A stretch of 64,000 nucleotides of DNA from Bacillota bacterium (GTDB taxonomy: Bacteria; Bacillota; Clostridia; Peptostreptococcales; Anaerovoracaceae): NCBI GenBank assembly GCA_016280485.1, contig JAEEGU010000051.1, positions 18,166-82,165 of the forward strand. The letters run 5' to 3'. Position 1 is the first letter of the stretch. Every line of letters starts with the position of its first letter. The notes beneath the pieces were generated by a model. That model searched no databases. It worked only from the letters and a program-made list of their open reading frames with translations, and was not told where the DNA came from. Of this stretch, positions 59,995-64,000 are shown piece by piece. Made by a program: the position numbers and the translations under genes.

Positions 59995-60952
59995 AATGAG
60001 CCTCCTTTACTTTTCCCTGTCCGTCCAATTCAACAATCGCCGTTACGATCGTCTTATCGGACAGGGCTGCTGTTTTTTCAAGATTTCTTTTTGCGGTACG
60101 AAGGTCGTACCGCATCGCGTATCTTGCGCTGGAAACAGTTCGCCAACCATTTCTTACTCGCTTTGATACGTACTCAGTTCTGCCGTAGGGCCATTCGAAC
60201 TGGATTACATATCGTTTTTCTTCTTCGGCTTTCTTGATGTTGGCCAGGGAGGAAATTGTACGTTTCTTCCGACCAAAGAACAATGGAGAACCAACTTCCG
60301 CCTCCTCCCAGGAAGCGAAAATCTTTGCAGACTTCAGATCGCTGCACGCTTCATGTCCGGAGGGGGTGGATCCAACGTAGTAGCTTTTTCCATATCGGAC
60401 AACTACATCCCCGGGAACAGGCTTAACCTTCCTTGGCATTCTCAGCGGTTCTGTATCGTAACCGAAGCAGAGATTTTCCGTTGCGTCAATCCCCTGTTTT
60501 GCCAGCTCAGTCTTCGCTTCCCTGGCAGCCTCCACCCAGGCGATATACTCGTCATCGGTAGAGATGTGGCGTTCTTCCCGCCGGTAGAATCTTTGGTCTG
60601 TGTAATACCACAAATATCCACGCATGCAGTGATGCTCTTTGGCGAACTCTTCGATCGTTCTGGCGGCTTTTAGCCCGTTTTCAACCCAGCGCATCAGGCC
60701 GGCGTCGTCTACGAACTCTGCACGCCCACTGACACGAAAGTGCTCCTGGAATTCTCCTTCGCACCATTTTTGGAAGTAGGCTCTTATTTCGTCTTCCGAC
60801 TGGTTAAGTGCCCAGCAATTCCAACTTCGAGCACGGCGTTCTCTGCCGTTAGCAAGCGGCTCCCACACGTTGTTGTCTCCGTGGAGAACCAAGAAAGAAT
60901 AGCCAAGTGGAGTTTTCACCACCTGACGATCGTAAACGATAACGTAGGACAT
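59987..60952 (-). CDS. hypothetical protein
   Basis: AAGGGGG SD. 321 aa. Confidence 0.6.
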   Translation of the reverse strand: MSYVIVYDRQVVKTPLGYSFLVLHGDNNVWEPLANGRERRARSWNCWALNQSEDEIRAYFQKWCEGEFQEHFRVSGRAEFVDDAGLMRWVENGLKAARTIEEFAKEHHCMRGYLWYYTDQRFYRREERHISTDDEYIAWVEAAREAKTELAKQGIDATENLCFGYDTEPLRMPRKVKPVPGDVVVRYGKSYYVGSTPSGHEACSDLKSAKIFASWEEAEVGSPLFFGRKKRTISSLANIKKAEEEKRYVIQFEWPYGRTEYVSKRVRNGWRTVSSARYAMRYDLRTAKRNLEKTAALSDKTIVTAIVELDGQGKVKEAHYE

Positions 60953-60964
60953 CGTTATACCCCC

Positions 60965-61501
60965 TTACCGTTCTTCCGTGTTCCGCACAAACCACATAAT
61001 GTCGTGGTTGTAAACTTCCACAAGAATTTTGTTGAGCGCATCATATGCCTCTTTTGTAAGGGCGCATTTCGGATCAGCCAGAGCCTCAGATATTTTCCGC
61101 TCGAATTCATGCTGACAAACCAACCAGGATTTAGGCGGTTCAGGAATCTTCCCATGCAGGCCATCAGAAACGGCTTCCGCCAAATCCCAGATCTTGCGTT
61201 CTTCTTCCTCAATATCTCTGATCAGAGAAAACAGATCCGGGACACCGGAAAGGCCATTTTCTTTCGCCTCCAGGTAGGCTTTGACCTCTTCCTCTGCGTC
61301 GAAGTCATTGTATCTTTCGCGCAGGAGTCCTGGAATGTCATCCAGCTTTGAGTAAAACTCAATATAGTTGAGTTCACGACCAATGCTGGTAAATCCGGAG
61401 AACTCAACATATTTGTTTTTCTTGCCGTTCCCCTCTTGCGTTTTGAATGCAGCGTTGAAGTCGAGAGCGTTTACTGCGGCTTCAATTGTTCGTTTTCCCA
61501 T
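60965..61501 (-). CDS. hypothetical protein (first gene after E8)
   Basis: ATG follows the AGAAAGGAAAAAAA of E8. 178 aa. Confidence 0.65.
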   Translation of the reverse strand: MGKRTIEAAVNALDFNAAFKTQEGNGKKNKYVEFSGFTSIGRELNYIEFYSKLDDIPGLLRERYNDFDAEEEVKAYLEAKENGLSGVPDLFSLIRDIEEEERKIWDLAEAVSDGLHGKIPEPPKSWLVCQHEFERKISEALADPKCALTKEAYDALNKILVEVYNHDIMWFVRNTEER

Positions 61502-61702
61502 TTTTTTCCTTTCTGCTCACTTGTCCCTGTGAGCCGTCTTTGTGTCCTATCTTCGTGCTATATATAAAAAAGAGACCTTCCCTACTTCCGTAGAAAAGAT
61601 CTCCTGATTACAAAAAAATACTTCGTGAAGGTGCCGTTTTAGGCACTGATAATCCTTCATAAAGTACAATGATAGTATATATTATTTTTTGTGTAATGTC
61701 AA
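61502..61702 (-). promoter_or_regulatory. Leader-repeat copy E8
   Basis: Minus strand: TTGACA 61702-61697, 17 nt, TATACT 61679-61674, GTAC 61667-61664. Terminator hairpin 61604-61571 plus U6. SD hairpin 61534-61515 with loop AGGGACAA. The 3' ~75 nt are nearly identical to E3. Confidence 0.8.
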
Positions 61703-61738
61703 CTGCAAAATTGCGTATTATGGAGTATAAACAGCGCC

Positions 61739-62527
61739 CTATTCCGGGCGCTGTGTGGTTTCTGTATTTCGCTCGCAATAGACAACATACCTGTATTTGC
61801 CGCCGCTGCCGTACGGGTGACAAGTTACGAGCGTCAGCATGTCCCTACCCTCCTGAATCAGCAGCTCTTCAGGCTGATATGGTTCGATAATCTTAATTTC
61901 ATCCACGACATATTCCAGCACTTCCCAGGGATTTGTCAGGTACACAACATCCCCCTGCTGCAGTCGTTCGACATTTTTGAAGTGGATGGCTCCTTCCCAA
62001 CCTCTGTGTGCCGCTAAGACACAGTTGGTATTTTCGCCGCCGATGGGCATGGAACTAATCGAAAGCTGAGCCGCGCCTCGATCTAAGTGGTTATAGGTGG
62101 CTCCAAGAAATACGGGTTCCTCGTAATCCATTGCCGGAATCGTTAGCACACCGATTTCTTCACTTTGATATCCGTAATCCGTAAGGTTTATTGTCGTTGC
62201 GGTATAACACCAGGGATCTGCAAGTCCGCTCTGTTTCGACTCGTAGATATGATTATTATATGCCTCCATTGCTTCCAGCAGCTCCGGATATGGCATTTGA
62301 TCCGGAGAAAAATCTTTGATATGGCGTATTACAGGAGGATTCTCCGGTATTTTATTATCTACGATTACTTCATAAGAATTTTCGACGTAGAAGGCCGCGA
62401 CTTCTTCTTCCGCCTGCTCCTCCTGAATGATGCGGTTGATCGTCGGCTTAGCGGCGATATATACGCCGGTCAGGAACAGGATGACTGAGAATATGATTAA
62501 GAAGATTTTTACGGGGCGTTTAGGCAT
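61739..62527 (-). CDS. sortase
   Basis: N-terminal TM helix. Catalytic TLVTCHPYG (TLxTC) motif. 8-nt overlap with the upstream sortase gene. Confidence 0.88.
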   Translation of the reverse strand: MPKRPVKIFLIIFSVILFLTGVYIAAKPTINRIIQEEQAEEEVAAFYVENSYEVIVDNKIPENPPVIRHIKDFSPDQMPYPELLEAMEAYNNHIYESKQSGLADPWCYTATTINLTDYGYQSEEIGVLTIPAMDYEEPVFLGATYNHLDRGAAQLSISSMPIGGENTNCVLAAHRGWEGAIHFKNVERLQQGDVVYLTNPWEVLEYVVDEIKIIEPYQPEELLIQEGRDMLTLVTCHPYGSGGKYRYVVYCERNTETTQRPE

Positions 62528-63386
62528 GTTTTGACGCCCCCCTTCTTTTCTTTCGACGCAGAACGACGATTATAAAAATCAAAAGACAGGCTGCGGCGAT
62601 TGCTCCGCCATATTTTAAGCCGACTAAATACTGCTCTTTCCATGTTGATTTTACCGGCTCTGTTTGTTCTGTTTTTGTTTTTTCGACAATTTTCTCGGCC
62701 TCTTGATACGGGATCCTGGAACCGCGAACCAGGAGCCTGTGTGAGTTGACGCCAAATGGAGTACACGTTATCAGGGTGGCTAAATCTTCGCCATGGATCA
62801 GCTCCAGCAATTCCGTCTCGTGGGGTAAGACTGTGTTGACCTCAACTACTTCATACGCCATCGTTTCACCGAGGACCTTGATGTAGAACACATCCCCTGC
62901 CGTGAGCTGGTCTATATCAGAAAACAGCTTTTGTTCTGCAACCCCGGAGTGTCCGGTTAATACCGTATGTGTTCCCTCTCCGCCGACCGGAAGGCTGGAT
63001 CCAATCAAATGCCCGACGCCTTCTTCCAAAACTTTTTCGCTTGTTCCGTGATAGATCGGAAGATCGACGTTGATTTTGGGAATTTCAATATAGCCCATAA
63101 TTTCAGATCCGGTTGGATTCAGGAGATCGTGGTAATCTGTTGACGCCAATTCAATTCCGTTTTTATCGTACTGTACCGGGGACAAAGAAGCATTATACGC
63201 TTCTGCTTCAGCCCTCATTTCCCGGAGGGCTGTGTCGTCCAGTTCCCGCACTTCTTCCTCGTAATCCGTCCTGACAACGCTCTGATACTTATCGTTCACA
63301 TAGTTTGAGATGATCGGATAAGCAGCGAACAGCACGGCAGCAAGCAAGAGAAGAATTGCAAAAACTATCAGGAGTATTCGTTTCAC
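62520..63386 (-). CDS. sortase with C-terminal TM (class C / pilin-type)
   Basis: Start set at GTG 63386, 6 nt after GGAGG, because the track ORF overlaps the pilin gene. LITCTPFG motif. C-terminal helix followed by RRKKRR. Confidence 0.85.
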   Translation of the reverse strand: MKRILLIVFAILLLLAAVLFAAYPIISNYVNDKYQSVVRTDYEEEVRELDDTALREMRAEAEAYNASLSPVQYDKNGIELASTDYHDLLNPTGSEIMGYIEIPKINVDLPIYHGTSEKVLEEGVGHLIGSSLPVGGEGTHTVLTGHSGVAEQKLFSDIDQLTAGDVFYIKVLGETMAYEVVEVNTVLPHETELLELIHGEDLATLITCTPFGVNSHRLLVRGSRIPYQEAEKIVEKTKTEQTEPVKSTWKEQYLVGLKYGGAIAAACLLIFIIVVLRRKKRRGASKHA

Positions 63387-63454
63387 ATTGCGCCTCCGTT
63401 TAGGGGCGGCCCCGAAGGACCGCCCCGGAATGAATTGAAAGATCGTTTTCGGTA

Positions 63455-64000
63455 TTACTGCTCGTTCTTGCGCTTCCGAATGGCCAGATAGAAGATCACA
63501 CCTGCGGCAACGATAAGCAAAGCGCCGACTACGCCATACATCCAAACGCCGTTGTCACCGGTTCTGGGCAGCTCTGGGCCTCTGGTATTGATGATCGTCA
63601 GAGGAACCATAGCGTTTACGCTGCCATCCAGAGCAGACATCGTAACGTCCTTGCCGTCTACGGTGGCGGAAGCGGTCAGAAGATTGTGGGCAAGCTCCTG
63701 ATATCCGTCGAACGTCACATAGCGGGGATCGTTCTGCATAAGACCAAGAACATCCGTTGCGTAGATTCCGCAGGCCCGGTTGCTGTCCTCAGCCGTGTTA
63801 ATCACGACGGTGATATTGTCCCGGAGCAGCGTGTACCCATTGTCTGTACGGGTTTCAGTGATAATGTAAGTATCGTCTTCAACACCGTTGATTCTGACAA
63901 TGCCTGTGGTGCTGTTGGGGATAAAGACGGTAGCGTCCTCTTCCGTGTCGCCGCGTCCGGTGACATAGTACACGCCGTCAGAATTCTTCTCGGCAACCAG
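63455..64000 (-). CDS. LPXTG-anchored pilin/adhesin, N-terminally truncated by the window edge
   Basis: The frame stays open to base 64000. C-terminal LPRTG, then a hydrophobic helix, then RKRK. Contains the Cna-B/SpaA-like segment GIVRINGVEDDTYIITETRTDNGY. Confidence 0.85.
   Translation of the reverse strand: MVAEKNSDGVYYVTGRGDTEEDATVFIPNSTTGIVRINGVEDDTYIITETRTDNGYTLLRDNITVVINTAEDSNRACGIYATDVLGLMQNDPRYVTFDGYQELAHNLLTASATVDGKDVTMSALDGSVNAMVPLTIINTRGPELPRTGDNGVWMYGVVGALLIVAAGVIFYLAIRKRKNEQ

Noticed and set aside
812-61702. The nine repeats could be a CRISPR-like array, MITEs or IS remnants.
   Set aside because: The copies are kilobases apart and about 200 nt long. They have no terminal inverted repeats or target-site duplications. 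They always lie in the same orientation as the downstream gene and at a fixed distance from it, and they include its SD. This fits a regulatory module and not a mobile repeat or CRISPR array.
1-64000. A prophage interpretation of the window.
   Set aside because: I found no capsid, portal, terminase, tail or lysis genes. The sortase-pilus, Topo III, ParB, SSB and TA content and the unidirectional array fit a conjugative element better. The flanks are needed for confirmation.

Overview
This window looks like about 64 kb of the accessory or leading-type region of a large Gram-positive conjugative element, probably from Clostridia. The host call rests on sigma-A TTGACA-17-TATAAT promoters, GGAGG ribosome-binding sites and a sortase/LPXTG pilus locus. 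I saw no rRNA, tRNA, CRISPR array, transposase, integrase or phage structural genes. From about 8.3 to 61.7 kb nearly all genes are on the minus strand. They are tightly packed and often overlap as ATGA, which suggests translational coupling. Recognisable products are: topoisomerase IA with three Zn-ribbon repeats, a RecD-like helicase, a YqaJ-type exonuclease, SSB, a large ParB-domain protein, an orphan methyltransferase, a WGR-PARP homologue next to an HD hydrolase, a tandem-HD protein, a dCMP-deaminase fusion, a kinase-like protein, Phd/Doc, and many small acidic or Cys-rich proteins of unknown function. The left end carries a plus-strand operon with a MoxR-like AAA+ ATPase and a metallopeptidase-VWA protein, followed by a CpaB-like operon. 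The most unusual signal is non-coding. Nine dispersed copies of a conserved ~190-250 nt module head almost every operon. Each module has a consensus promoter, a 5'-terminal nested stem-loop, a U-rich linker, a strong intrinsic terminator, and a GGA-loop hairpin fused to the SD. Compensatory base changes support RNA structure. There is also one divergent long version of this leader and a separate ~450 nt ORF-less transcription unit. Short AT-rich cassettes on the opposite strand sit at the operon junctions.
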